Virus record (IMG/VR): IMGVR_UViG_3300025648_000015
Coordinates: 52,146-116,145 of that record
Source of the DNA: a virus
Direction: 5' to 3' (one strand)
DNA length: 64,000 nt
Shown here: positions 11,133-20,348 of the stretch, piece by piece
Layout of the letters: every line of letters starts with the position of its first letter
Position numbering within the stretch: the stretch's first letter is position 1
The notes under the pieces: generated by a model
Told to the model about the DNA's origin: nothing
Database searches by the model: none
The model's input: the letters and a program-made list of their open reading frames with translations, nothing else
Position numbers and translations under genes: made by a program

Positions 11133-11348
11133 ATGGCAATTAATAAGTATGATCAGATCCAACGAGACATGATGGACATGATCACCAGTGGTCAGATGCA
11201 TAGTACCTTGATTGGTAAGACCATTGCTGTGGGCGGAAATAGCCCACGATCACTCCAAGAAATTGAAGATTTTGTAGAATATATCATAAATTTGCTTAAA
11301 AAAGCAGAGCAATTCCGAAAGGATAATGTAAAAAAGAGCAAAAGATAG
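11133..11348 (+). CDS. Hypothetical protein
   Basis: SD (GAGGAG) upstream, in operon. Confidence 0.6.
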   Translation: MAINKYDQIQRDMMDMITSGQMHSTLIGKTIAVGGNSPRSLQEIEDFVEYIINLLKKAEQFRKDNVKKSKR

Positions 11349-11381
11349 CTAATGAAGTGAGAGAGCTTTACAGCCTCTCCA

Positions 11382-11447
11382 GAAGGGCCTGGTCTTCCTC
11401 GGGAGTTGCAGTCGGTGTTCATACCTTGACTCCTCCCGAGGCCCTTC
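11382..11447 (+). other. GC-rich intergenic hairpin upstream of whiB
   Basis: GAAGGGCCT/AGGCCCTTC and CCTCGGGAG/CTCCCGAGG arms. Confidence 0.55.
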
Positions 11448-11471
11448 CAGCTATCAATCTTTCCAATAATT

Positions 11472-11957
11472 ATGGATACTAAAATTGATTATAAATGGCA
11501 AAAAGAGTCTGCCTGTAAAGGAATGGATATTGAGTTGTTCTATCCATCGCATGGTAAAGCTCCATCAAAACAACTATCAGACAAATGCGATGGTTGTCCA
11601 GTATCCACACAATGCCTTGATCATGCACTCAAATATGAAGAATATGGGCATTGGGCTAATACAGGACCAACTGAACGTAGAGAATTACGTAATAAACTTG
11701 GCATAGAATTGGTTAATATTAATATTGCGTTTCTAAATAATCAATATATTGAAGAAGAAGAAAAAGTTGAATCTACTTCTATAAAAATTAAAGGACGTGG
11801 TCGTAGACCAGCAGATTGTGGGACACGTTCTGGTTATGGTGCACACAGGCGAAAAAAAGAAATCCCATGCGAAGCATGCCGTGCTGCACAGAATGCAAGC
11901 GTTAAAGAGTTTAATAAAAATAAAAAAGACAAAGAAAGTGATCCATTTTATCAATGA
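11472..11957 (+). CDS. whiB: WhiB-family Fe-S transcription factor with C-terminal CGT..GY..H....PC..C domain
   Basis: W...AC.G.D.ELFYP...C..CPV..QCL.HAL...EYG.W....ER: four Cys of WhiB. Confidence 0.9.
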   Translation: MDTKIDYKWQKESACKGMDIELFYPSHGKAPSKQLSDKCDGCPVSTQCLDHALKYEEYGHWANTGPTERRELRNKLGIELVNINIAFLNNQYIEEEEKVESTSIKIKGRGRRPADCGTRSGYGAHRRKKEIPCEACRAAQNASVKEFNKNKKDKESDPFYQ

Positions 11958-12649
11958 AAATTGGCTTAGTAATTCCTGTTCTTAATAATTTTGATCAAGC
12001 AATAGATATGATCTATAGTGCTAATAGTGAGCATAATGTAAAGTTTTATATCCAACCACAATACCGTTATCAAGTTCCATTAGCTAAAGCATGGAATACT
12101 GGTATCAAGAATGCAATTACTGATGGGTGTGATGTAATCATTGTAAGCAATGATGATGTTCTATTTTCTGAAAAGACTATAGATTATTTAGCTCGTGAAA
12201 CTAAAGCAATGCCCGATGATTATGTAATGGCATTCCCAGTAGACATGTTTGATGCTTTAAGTGACCCATCACAAATCTTATGGGATGATGAAATAGTTGG
12301 CGATGTTTCATACGCTGTTGAAGATCAAAGTTACGCTTGTTTTGCAATACGACCAGACTTTTTTGAAAAGTGTGGAACGTTTGATGAGAATTTTGATCCA
12401 GCTTGGTGGGAAGATACTGATATGAAATATCGTATCAAGTTGCTTGGATACAAAACTATACAAACAAGCATCCCTTACGTGCATATTAGACACCAGACTA
12501 CAAAAAAACTCACTCAACCTCTTAATTCGTTGAAGAGCGGTCAGTATTATGAAAAAAAGTGGGGAAGTACTCGTAAAGACTTGAAAGAGGTCTATGCTAA
12601 GCCCTATAATGATCCTAATATGAGTCCAAGAGAATGGAAGAATTCATGA
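11954..12649 (+). CDS. Glycosyltransferase family 2
   Basis: IGLVIPVLN, AWN.GI, SNDDV DxD motif, G.FDENF.PAWWEDTD. Confidence 0.85.
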   Translation: MKIGLVIPVLNNFDQAIDMIYSANSEHNVKFYIQPQYRYQVPLAKAWNTGIKNAITDGCDVIIVSNDDVLFSEKTIDYLARETKAMPDDYVMAFPVDMFDALSDPSQILWDDEIVGDVSYAVEDQSYACFAIRPDFFEKCGTFDENFDPAWWEDTDMKYRIKLLGYKTIQTSIPYVHIRHQTTKKLTQPLNSLKSGQYYEKKWGSTRKDLKEVYAKPYNDPNMSPREWKNS

Positions 12650-13920
12650 GCAAGATTAAGGTACTAGCGTGGGGTGACTATGCTTGTAGCACAGGGTTTG
12701 GTACCGTGATGAAAAATATCATGGGAGAACTGTACAAGACTGGCAGCTATGACATTGACGTAGTTGGTGTTAATTATGATGGTGGGCCTTACGATACAAC
12801 TCTTTGGCCTGGTCGCCTATGGCCTGCTATTAGTGCTTTACGTACACAAGGACCATACGGAGATGTTTTTGGTCGTCAAGTGTTCCTAGACCTCCTTGCT
12901 CAAGGCGATTATGACATCGTATTTATTGTTCAAGATACGTTTATTGTATTGGATATTGTTCCTCAAATTCTTGAATTGCAACGTACTAAGCCAAATACGT
13001 TCTCGACTATTTACTACTATCCATTCGATTGTGCTCCACGTGAAGAATGGGTCAACCAATGTGTATCTAGTTTTGACTTCCCTGTTGCTTATACTGAGTA
13101 CGCAAAGAACGAAAGCCGTAAAGTAATTGGTAACATTGCTGATAAGCAAGATGTTATTTACCATGGAACCAATACTAAAGACTTCTTTCCACTATCACCA
13201 GAAGAAAAGAAACAAGCTAAAAGCATGATCTTCCCTATGCTTCAAGATAAATTTTTGATTACGAATGTTAATCGTAACCAAGGTCGCAAAGATGTTTCAA
13301 GAAGTCTTATGATCCTTAAAGAATTACGCAATATGGGAGTAGAGGATGCGTTCCTTTACATGCATATGCAAGAAAAAGACTTTGGTGGAAGTATTCTTGA
13401 AATGGCTCGTGCACTTGGGCTAGATCCAAATAAAGATTTTACTGTACCAGACCCAAGGCAATTTGGTGCACACAGCGGATTCCCAATTGAATTCCTTAAC
13501 CAAATCTACAACGCTAGCGATGTTTACCTTACCACTACTCACGGTGAAGGTTGGGGCCTAAGTATCACAGAAGCAATGTCTACTAAGACACCTGTTGTTG
13601 CTCCTGATAATACATCAGTCCCTGAAATTCTTGGCGATGACCGTGGTTGGAGAATCCCTAGTGGGCACACCCCATCTCATTGGATTATTAAAGATAATGA
13701 TAATGAACGTATGCGTCCATTAATGAGCGTTGAAGATGCTGCTAAGACTATTAAGCACATTATGGATAATCCAAAGGAAGCTGCAGAACGTGCAGAGAAA
13801 GCCTATGAATGGGCATCTACAAACACTTGGGAAGCCATTGGTAAGCAATGGATGAATGTATTTAATCGTGCTACCAATAAAGCTAAGATGGCACGAAAAC
13901 TTAAGGAACAGGCAAAGTGA
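12646..13920 (+). CDS. Glycosyltransferase family 4 (GT-B)
   Basis: TGFG.V, VNRNQGRKD, YNASDVYL.TTHGEGWGLSITEAMS..PVV; likely start at ATG 12646 (ATGA overlap). Confidence 0.9.
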   Translation: MSKIKVLAWGDYACSTGFGTVMKNIMGELYKTGSYDIDVVGVNYDGGPYDTTLWPGRLWPAISALRTQGPYGDVFGRQVFLDLLAQGDYDIVFIVQDTFIVLDIVPQILELQRTKPNTFSTIYYYPFDCAPREEWVNQCVSSFDFPVAYTEYAKNESRKVIGNIADKQDVIYHGTNTKDFFPLSPEEKKQAKSMIFPMLQDKFLITNVNRNQGRKDVSRSLMILKELRNMGVEDAFLYMHMQEKDFGGSILEMARALGLDPNKDFTVPDPRQFGAHSGFPIEFLNQIYNASDVYLTTTHGEGWGLSITEAMSTKTPVVAPDNTSVPEILGDDRGWRIPSGHTPSHWIIKDNDNERMRPLMSVEDAAKTIKHIMDNPKEAAERAEKAYEWASTNTWEAIGKQWMNVFNRATNKAKMARKLKEQAK

Positions 13921-14681
13921 CTCGACGTGTAGTTAGCATTACCCCATTTTATAACGAGACGCATATCCTTGAATTGCGGCTTGGCATTTTAGAAAATGTG
14001 GTTGATCGCTTCTACACGATTGAAGCTAACAAAACTTTTACTGGTCTTGATAAACCAATGCTTGCTAATACCATCAAGCACCCAAAACACACAGTTGTAG
14101 AGATTGAGTTTCCTGAGGGCCTTAGTGAGTGGGGCAAAGAAAATTATCAACGGGATGTTATTCTAGATTTATCAGAATATAATGATGATGATATTGTTCT
14201 TATTAATGACTTAGATGAAATTCCTAACCCTAAAACTATTGAATTTCTTATTGAGAACTTTGATCCTGATTTCACATATTCATTTGAAATGGTTATTCAT
14301 CAATATTATTTAAATAACCAAAACCTTGGTGAAGGTATATGGTGGAAGGCTAAGGCTTGCAGCGTAGGCGAATACCGTCGAGCTGGGTTTAATGCTACTC
14401 AACTTAGGTTAGGTGTAAACTCTTTAAATATCCCCAATGGTGGATGGCACTGGACTTTTTGTGGAGATACTACATTCATTAAAAACAAGATTGAAGCTTT
14501 TGCTCATACAGAATGTAATACTGACCAAATTAAATCAAACCTTGATTTGAATTTTGAGAACAATGCTGATACACTTGGTCGTGGATACGAACTAAAACTA
14601 GTAGATATAGATTCAGATTTTTATCCAGATTATCTAAAAGATAACAAGAAAAAATACAGTAAGTATATCAAGGAGCTATAA
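13917..14681 (+). CDS. Glycosyltransferase family 17 (MGAT3-like beta-1,4-GlcNAc transferase)
   Basis: FYNE..ILELRL..L..VVD.F..IEAN.TFTG..K, E.YQR, DLDEIP, GGWH.TF.G....I..KI.AFAH.E. Confidence 0.85.
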   Translation: MTRRVVSITPFYNETHILELRLGILENVVDRFYTIEANKTFTGLDKPMLANTIKHPKHTVVEIEFPEGLSEWGKENYQRDVILDLSEYNDDDIVLINDLDEIPNPKTIEFLIENFDPDFTYSFEMVIHQYYLNNQNLGEGIWWKAKACSVGEYRRAGFNATQLRLGVNSLNIPNGGWHWTFCGDTTFIKNKIEAFAHTECNTDQIKSNLDLNFENNADTLGRGYELKLVDIDSDFYPDYLKDNKKKYSKYIKEL

Positions 14682-14863
14682 TGGATTTTGATGAGTGGTT
14701 AAAATATGGAGTAGATAATGGTTTCTGCTCAGAACAGTTCTGCAGTACCCATGATGGTTTTCCTATGCATGATAGCGAAGAAAAGTCATGGGAAGACGGT
14801 GGAGACCCTTGTGCACATGTTGTGCGCTTGGGATCATATAATGATTGGAACATAGGAGAATAA
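14681..14863 (+). CDS. Small hypothetical protein (C/H-containing)
   Basis: Translationally coupled; SD AAGGAG. Confidence 0.65.
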   Translation: MDFDEWLKYGVDNGFCSEQFCSTHDGFPMHDSEEKSWEDGGDPCAHVVRLGSYNDWNIGE

Positions 14864-14865
14864 TA

Positions 14866-15051
14866 ATGGGTGCAGGACAAAACTTTTTGAATTGGTTGCA
14901 AGGAACTTTTGGTGGTAATAATGGACCCGGCATTCCAGACCTTCCACTTCCAATGGGAGATAAAGCTCCAACAGCAAAGCCAAAGAAAGATAAACCAGCA
15001 GTGAAGAAAGCAGCACCTAAGAAGGCTGCACCAAAGAAAAAGGAACAATAA
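14866..15051 (+). CDS. Small basic protein with histone-H1-like KKAAP repeats
   Basis: PAVKKAAPKKAAPKKK; SD AGGAG before ATG 14866. Confidence 0.6.
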   Translation: MGAGQNFLNWLQGTFGGNNGPGIPDLPLPMGDKAPTAKPKKDKPAVKKAAPKKAAPKKKEQ

Positions 15052-15218
15052 TGCACGTAATGTTAGTACTAATTTTACCAGCATTGTTTTTTATGGGTGT
15101 TGGCGCTTTTATTCATATGTTTAGCCAAGGTGTAAAGAATGGTATTTATCAAAAGACCAAAGCACCTGAGAAGAAAAACTCATGTGGTGGCAACTGTAAT
15201 TGTAAATGTAAGAAGTAA
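15051..15218 (+). CDS. Small membrane protein with Cys-rich tail (55 aa, not in ORF track)
   Basis: MHVMLVLILPALFFMGVGAF...SCGGNCNCKCKK; TAATG overlaps at both ends. Confidence 0.65.
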   Translation: MHVMLVLILPALFFMGVGAFIHMFSQGVKNGIYQKTKAPEKKNSCGGNCNCKCKK

Positions 15219-15454
15219 TGGCTAAAGATTTAAATTGGGCAGCAAAGACTATGCTAGAATTAGCACAGATCCCAGCTCAGCCAAAACTTATTGCTGCGTT
15301 TAGTAATTATAGTGCTAATACAATGTGGGTTAAAGGTGTTATCAAGTCTGCATCGCGTAGGGTTGTTAATGATATGAGCAACCCTTATTTTGAACAAGCA
15401 ATGGATATTTTACGTGAAAATGGCATAGACGTAAATATCTATGATACTAATTAA
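15218..15454 (+). CDS. Hypothetical protein
   Basis: Coupled ORF. Confidence 0.6.
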   Translation: MAKDLNWAAKTMLELAQIPAQPKLIAAFSNYSANTMWVKGVIKSASRRVVNDMSNPYFEQAMDILRENGIDVNIYDTN

Positions 15455-15460
15455 AGTATT

Positions 15461-15536
15461 GCCCTAGTAGCTCAACGGATAGAGCATCGGAGTTCTAACC
15501 CGCAGGTTGCAAGTTCGAGTCTTGCCTGGGGCACCA
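15461..15536 (+). tRNA. tRNA-Arg(TCT), CCA encoded
   Basis: GCCCTAG/CTGGGGC acceptor, GCTC/GAGC D stem with A20, T arm GCAAG-TTCGAGT-CTTGC, ACCA end; anticodon stem has two mismatches. Confidence 0.85.
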
Positions 15537-15538
15537 AT

Positions 15539-15567
15539 TTGACTTTTATAGTAGTCAACAGTAAAGT
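15539..15567 (+). promoter_or_regulatory. SigA-type promoter TTGACT-N17-TAAAGT
   Basis: 17-bp spacer, intergenic. Confidence 0.6.
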
Positions 15568-15587
15568 ATTAAAAAGTAAGGAGTTAT

Positions 15588-15941
15588 ATGAGAACCAAAA
15601 CAAGGTTGCTTAGAAGTGGTTTACAAATAGCACTAGGTGCTGAGCTTGTTTCAGTTAGTAAAAGGATGAAACAATATCAGAATGAGACTCAGCTTGCAAA
15701 AGCTACTCCCATAGAAGTGCCTGTAGCACCGCCAGTAAATAAAGAGTATCAGTATGTCATGCGTGAAAAAGCAATTAAGCAAATTAATACTGTACTTAAT
15801 GAACTAATTAATGCTACTATGATGAATGATATTTATATTGAACCAAACATCTTAAACCAGGCAAAAGAACTTATGGACTTGTTTGCTTGGATTATTGAAA
15901 GTAGTCCCGAAGAAAAGGAAGCATATGGAACTCAAGCTTAG
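15588..15941 (+). CDS. Hypothetical protein
   Basis: SD AAGGAG. Confidence 0.6.
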   Translation: MRTKTRLLRSGLQIALGAELVSVSKRMKQYQNETQLAKATPIEVPVAPPVNKEYQYVMREKAIKQINTVLNELINATMMNDIYIEPNILNQAKELMDLFAWIIESSPEEKEAYGTQA

Positions 15942-16230
15942 TGTAAGCATTGGAGGCACTCTCCAAGTAAAGAACGCCAAAGGCGAATGGGATTGGATCA
16001 AGCCAGAAGTTGGTTGTGAGATTATACTTCATCATGGTGAGATCACAGAACAATTGCAAGAGCAATTTGCTGCTATGTGGGATCAAGTCGTTGGTCCTCA
16101 ATTTAAGAATGTAGTCAGCGAACTTATTGCTGAACCAGTCGCTGTTGTAGAAGAAACTACAGAAGAAGAATCTACAGAAACGTCAGAGGAGAACGAAAAG
16201 CCTAATGTAGATGAGGATGATTACTACTAA
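15925..16230 (+). CDS. Hypothetical protein with acidic tail
   Basis: Probable start MELKL at 15925 after AAGGAAG. Confidence 0.6.
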   Translation: MELKLSVSIGGTLQVKNAKGEWDWIKPEVGCEIILHHGEITEQLQEQFAAMWDQVVGPQFKNVVSELIAEPVAVVEETTEEESTETSEENEKPNVDEDDYY

Positions 16231-16385
16231 TGACTGAATGTAAACATTGTGGCATGCCAATCGTTAAGTATCTAAACCCAGGTAGCTGGGACATTATTGG
16301 CGAAGACGACAATTGGGTCCACTTAGAAGATCAAAATACTATAACTAAACATACTGCTAAACCTGATTGGGATACTAAGTCATGA
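16230..16385 (+). CDS. Small CxxC...WxH protein (51 aa, not in ORF track)
   Basis: MTECKHCG...WVH...HTAKP; overlaps neighbours by TAATG/ATGA. Confidence 0.6.
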   Translation: MTECKHCGMPIVKYLNPGSWDIIGEDDNWVHLEDQNTITKHTAKPDWDTKS

Positions 16386-16948
16386 CCGTGCTATCTGCAG
16401 CTATTACAAAAATGGATGGCATTGTCATCGCTGCTGACTCTCAAATCTCCTTTGATTATTCTAAGAGCGATGAAGGCCCAGGTAAATTATGGATGGACAA
16501 AGACCGTAGGTATATATTCGGTGGCTGTGGAAGCATTAGAGCTATGCAAGTTATACAATATTGGACTGAATGGCCCGAGTTCCGTGAATTTCATGAAGTA
16601 GATAAATTTGCTGTAAAAGATATTGTTCCTGCTATGCGTGAAGCTTTGAATGAACACGGTGCTCTTGAAAGCTCAAAAAAAGTAGAGACTTTTGGTGCTG
16701 GCATTATTATGGCATGGGATAGCAATCTTTTAATTATTGATGAAGATTTCAGCGTTACTATTCCAGTTAGTGGAAGATGGGCAATGGGATCAGGAGCAAG
16801 CGAAGCATTTGGCAGTTTGGGTGATCAAGGCCCATGGACTAAAACAGATGTTATTAAAGCAGCACGCACTGCAGCAAAAACAGCTCAAGGTGTTGGTGGA
16901 GATATTTACTACATCACAACAAAGAGCATGGAAATCAGAAAGGCTTAA
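16382..16948 (+). CDS. HslV/proteasome beta-subunit-like Ntn peptidase
   Basis: N-terminal Thr after Met, GIVIAADSQ, catalytic-type K, G.CG..R..Q, AMGSG. Confidence 0.8.
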   Translation: MTVLSAAITKMDGIVIAADSQISFDYSKSDEGPGKLWMDKDRRYIFGGCGSIRAMQVIQYWTEWPEFREFHEVDKFAVKDIVPAMREALNEHGALESSKKVETFGAGIIMAWDSNLLIIDEDFSVTIPVSGRWAMGSGASEAFGSLGDQGPWTKTDVIKAARTAAKTAQGVGGDIYYITTKSMEIRKA

Positions 16949-16954
16949 GCCAGT

Positions 16955-16983
16955 TTGATTCCTTTCAACTATTATGTTAATAT
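16955..16983 (+). promoter_or_regulatory. SigA-type promoter TTGATT-N17-TAATAT
   Basis: Same -35/-10 as the 8732 site, 17-bp spacer, TG extension. Confidence 0.65.
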
Positions 16984-17012
16984 AAATACAAACACAAGTA
17001 AGGAGAATAATA

Positions 17013-17702
17013 ATGGGTCAACCAATCATGCCAAAGCGCAAGGGACTATCAACTGGGAACCTACAGGAGGTTACAGAACCTTTGTATGGAGAATCACCCA
17101 AAGCTGCTACCCGAGCTGAAGTCCGTAGAAATAGTGCAACCGATGTTAACTTAGTTAACCTTGATGAAGTTATGGGTTCTGTGTTGGAAGAGCTAGGCAA
17201 AACAGACATTAGTCAACCACACCCTGAAATCACACCTTTTCAAATTGATACACTTGCTACAGAGCTTGTAGCTGTACGCAATGCTAAAGACGTTATTGAA
17301 GGCCGTGAGAGTGCTCTTAAAGCATATGCAACAGAAGTAATTAATATGCGCATTGCATCTACAGGTAAAGATTACGCCACAGAAAGTGGTTACCTTGTAA
17401 GCCCTGAGAATGGCGTTAAATTATCCAAAGAAGTATCTGGTGGCAAACTTAATATTGATGTTGATCTTTTGTTTGATGTATTAGACCACGATCAATTTAT
17501 TTCAGTCGTTAACATTGTTGAGACAATTACAAAAACTCAAAAGCCTGATGGTGGTGTAAGCACAGTCGAGTCACGTGTCTATGAACTCAATGAAGAGTGT
17601 TTAGAAAAACAACTCAAGCTTGGCAATATTGGCATGGAGCAAATTGTAAAGGCAACAACCCCAGGCAAGGTGCGTTCAGCCTTTTATGTCAGAAGCATCT
17701 AA
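17013..17702 (+). CDS. Hypothetical protein
   Basis: Strong SD AAGGAG; long ORF. Confidence 0.7.
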   Translation: MGQPIMPKRKGLSTGNLQEVTEPLYGESPKAATRAEVRRNSATDVNLVNLDEVMGSVLEELGKTDISQPHPEITPFQIDTLATELVAVRNAKDVIEGRESALKAYATEVINMRIASTGKDYATESGYLVSPENGVKLSKEVSGGKLNIDVDLLFDVLDHDQFISVVNIVETITKTQKPDGGVSTVESRVYELNEECLEKQLKLGNIGMEQIVKATTPGKVRSAFYVRSI

Positions 17703-18033
17703 TAAACCAAAAAGATTAATAAAACTACGTGACGATGATCAAATCTACACGCAGACTATGGCTGCAGCATTTTTTGATTTAACTCCAAGAGCTTTTAAGA
17801 AAAAAGAAAAATATTTTATTGATTCAATGGGCAACCCTATTGAGATCGCTAGAACACCTGGTGGTTATCGTCATTACAGTCTAAATGACATTCTTAAAAT
17901 TGCTCATTCATTGCGTAGGGCAAATAAGATGACAGATAGGCAACTACGTTTAATAGTATTAAGAGTAGACGCTTTTAAAGAACCAATAAAGAAACATCGT
18001 CTAAGATATCGAAAAGGCAACAATCCAACATGA
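17686..18033 (+). CDS. MerR/BldC-like HTH DNA-binding protein
   Basis: YT..MAA.FF..TP....K and RTPGGYRHYSLNDI wing motif. Confidence 0.75.
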   Translation: MSEASNKPKRLIKLRDDDQIYTQTMAAAFFDLTPRAFKKKEKYFIDSMGNPIEIARTPGGYRHYSLNDILKIAHSLRRANKMTDRQLRLIVLRVDAFKEPIKKHRLRYRKGNNPT

Positions 18034-18977
18034 ACAAGAAAACATTATTACTGTTTGATGGGCATAATGTGTTCATTAGATCATTTAGTGGTTTGATGAG
18101 GCAGGGGCTGAGCGCTCCAGATGGTTCAGGCACTTGGGGAATCTATGGTGCTTTTAATGTAATTGCTAGTATGGTTAGAAAACATAAACCTACGCATGTT
18201 CTTATTGCTTTTGATAAAGGCCGTAGTGCCAAACGTTTAGCCATTGATCCTGAATACAAAGCTAATCGTGATAAGAAACGTGATCCAAAAAACACAATGG
18301 ATAACGCATTCTCTTTAGAGTTTAAACCGCAATTAGAAACATTTAAATTTCTTTGTTCTAAAAGCGGCATACCTTTTATGAGCATAGAAGACGTAGAAGC
18401 AGACGATATTATTTCTACTGCGGCATTGGGTAATGCTGGTATTTTTGATAAGATTGTAATCGTCAGTGCAGACCATGATTTACATCAATTGATACGACCA
18501 AATATAACTGTTATAAAACCTAGCATTAGCTACAAAGATATTGATGAAGAAGTCAATGACATGGAATCTATCATGTTAGAGTGGGGCGTAGAACCTTGGA
18601 GGCTTCCTGAGATCTGGGCTTTGATGGGTGACAAGGGTGACAATGTTAAAGGTATTCCTGGCATTGGACCTAAGAAGGCTACAAAACTTATTGCTGATTA
18701 TGGCAATTTAGAAGAAGTTCTTGAAAAAGAATCTAAAGTTAAAGATCATATAAATATAGTGCGCAAAGCAAAATCATTGATTGAGCTTAGCCATGATGAA
18801 GATTTACCATTCCCACCATTGGGGGATCTACAGTTTACGCCTGTACAACCTAAAACTGAAAACGCTGATGAATTAGAACAATTGTTTGATGAACTTGGGT
18901 TTATTCAGGTAAAAGATAGATGGAGACATTTCACTTTATGGAATGATGTGATCCCTTTTGGTAGGAAACTGCGATGA
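18030..18977 (+). CDS. 5'-3' exonuclease / flap endonuclease (PolA N-terminal-like)
   Basis: LLFDG, AFD.G...R....PEYKANR, EADDII, SADHDL.QL, L.GD..DN..GIPGIGPK.A. Confidence 0.92.
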   Translation: MNKKTLLLFDGHNVFIRSFSGLMRQGLSAPDGSGTWGIYGAFNVIASMVRKHKPTHVLIAFDKGRSAKRLAIDPEYKANRDKKRDPKNTMDNAFSLEFKPQLETFKFLCSKSGIPFMSIEDVEADDIISTAALGNAGIFDKIVIVSADHDLHQLIRPNITVIKPSISYKDIDEEVNDMESIMLEWGVEPWRLPEIWALMGDKGDNVKGIPGIGPKKATKLIADYGNLEEVLEKESKVKDHINIVRKAKSLIELSHDEDLPFPPLGDLQFTPVQPKTENADELEQLFDELGFIQVKDRWRHFTLWNDVIPFGRKLR

Positions 18978-20038
18978 TTAATGAATGGATTATTAATCCA
19001 TCGGTGGATATGGTTGCTGTTTTAGCACAATATGGCAGGTTTCTAGAAACTGACTATCGTATGCTAATCGAAAGTATGGGAGTACCTTCTACTTTTGAAG
19101 AATATACAGAAAAGACAGGTAGGCGGTTTCTTATTGTTGGCGCCAAAGAAACACCAGGTCTAATAGCAAAAAGTGCATACTTATGCCTCAAGCTAGCTGG
19201 TCCTGATAGTGTTGTCGTAAAAGTACCAACACTTGATGAAAGTTTTTTGTTGCAAAATGTATTTGAGCATCACGCTGGTGATGTACGAAATAAGATATTT
19301 GTATCGCATGGTGATGAATTAAAGCTTAGTAGCGAATGGCGAGATGAGATTGAAAATGCAACTGATATAATTGTATTTGGTAGCCAAAACGCTATGGAAG
19401 CATTTCGTGAGTACGAGACAGTTGATCGACGTGTATGGGAACATGGTTTTAAATTTAGTTTTGGTTTAGTGCGTGCTGAGTATTTGACTCCAAGCATTAT
19501 TAACGAAATATGTTTTGATTTTTTCAGTTACTACGGTGAAGGTTGTTTAGCACCAAAATTCTATTTTATTGTTGGTAAGCTAAGCAAAAAAATTGCTAAA
19601 CAATTTAGTGAAAACATGTCTTCATTCTATGGAGAGTACATCGAAGAATATAGAGAAAAGCTACCTTTAACAAGAAAAAGCGAACTCGTACAGGTAACTC
19701 TTGATTCAAAGTATGCATATGATTATGTTCGCCTTGGCGACTTGAATTCTGATGATATCTTTGATACTCTTTATGGTGATGTAAGATTAATTGTAGTAGA
19801 TGATTTAGATGAAGTCAGTTATTTCATTCATGAATGGAGTGACAATATCAGTACTGTTGCTATAAATATGCAAGATGATCCAGCTATGATGGATTTATTG
19901 GATGACCATATGGTTATCCGTATTTGTAATATTGGTGAGATGCAGTTCCCTGAATTCTTTGAACAATATGACAGCGTAGATGACTTTAATATTTATGTTG
20001 GTGACGAGATCGAAAATGATCCCTACGACAGTCTTTAG
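18974..20038 (+). CDS. Acyl-CoA reductase (LuxC)-like protein
   Basis: ATDIIVFGS..A...FR, HG.KFSFGLV, D.FSYYGEGC..P with the catalytic-type Cys, ISTVA, RIC..G.MQ.P. Confidence 0.7.
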   Translation: MINEWIINPSVDMVAVLAQYGRFLETDYRMLIESMGVPSTFEEYTEKTGRRFLIVGAKETPGLIAKSAYLCLKLAGPDSVVVKVPTLDESFLLQNVFEHHAGDVRNKIFVSHGDELKLSSEWRDEIENATDIIVFGSQNAMEAFREYETVDRRVWEHGFKFSFGLVRAEYLTPSIINEICFDFFSYYGEGCLAPKFYFIVGKLSKKIAKQFSENMSSFYGEYIEEYREKLPLTRKSELVQVTLDSKYAYDYVRLGDLNSDDIFDTLYGDVRLIVVDDLDEVSYFIHEWSDNISTVAINMQDDPAMMDLLDDHMVIRICNIGEMQFPEFFEQYDSVDDFNIYVGDEIENDPYDSL

Positions 20039-20072
20039 AACTTACAAAAGTAAGAAATAAAAGGAAGGTAAT

Positions 20073-20348
20073 ATGACAGTTTCTTCAAAACGAAGAAAAA
20101 AGATTAGAGTAATAATTAATAGTTATTCTCAATCAAAATTATTTAAAACAATGTTAACTATTGGTTTTGGCATTGCAACGATTATAATGCTACCATTGTT
20201 TATTGTTGCTATACCATTCATATTTGCATGGGATGTAGCAGGTATTTTTATGGAAAATAATATTATTAAGGAAGAAAGCATGGATGCTGTTAAAAGTAAG
20301 TGGGGAGAATTTTCTCTTGATTTCGATAGCTGGAAGAAGAACGTTTAA
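20073..20348 (+). CDS. Membrane protein
   Basis: Central hydrophobic segment. Confidence 0.6.
   Translation: MTVSSKRRKKIRVIINSYSQSKLFKTMLTIGFGIATIIMLPLFIVAIPFIFAWDVAGIFMENNIIKEESMDAVKSKWGEFSLDFDSWKKNV

Noticed and set aside
15487-15503. Reading the tRNA as an amber suppressor (CTA), implying TAG recoding
   Set aside because: The CTA register leaves almost no anticodon stem. A20 and C35 fit Arg. TAG terminates normal genes (e.g. 11117, 20038) and the long ORFs are intact under the standard code.
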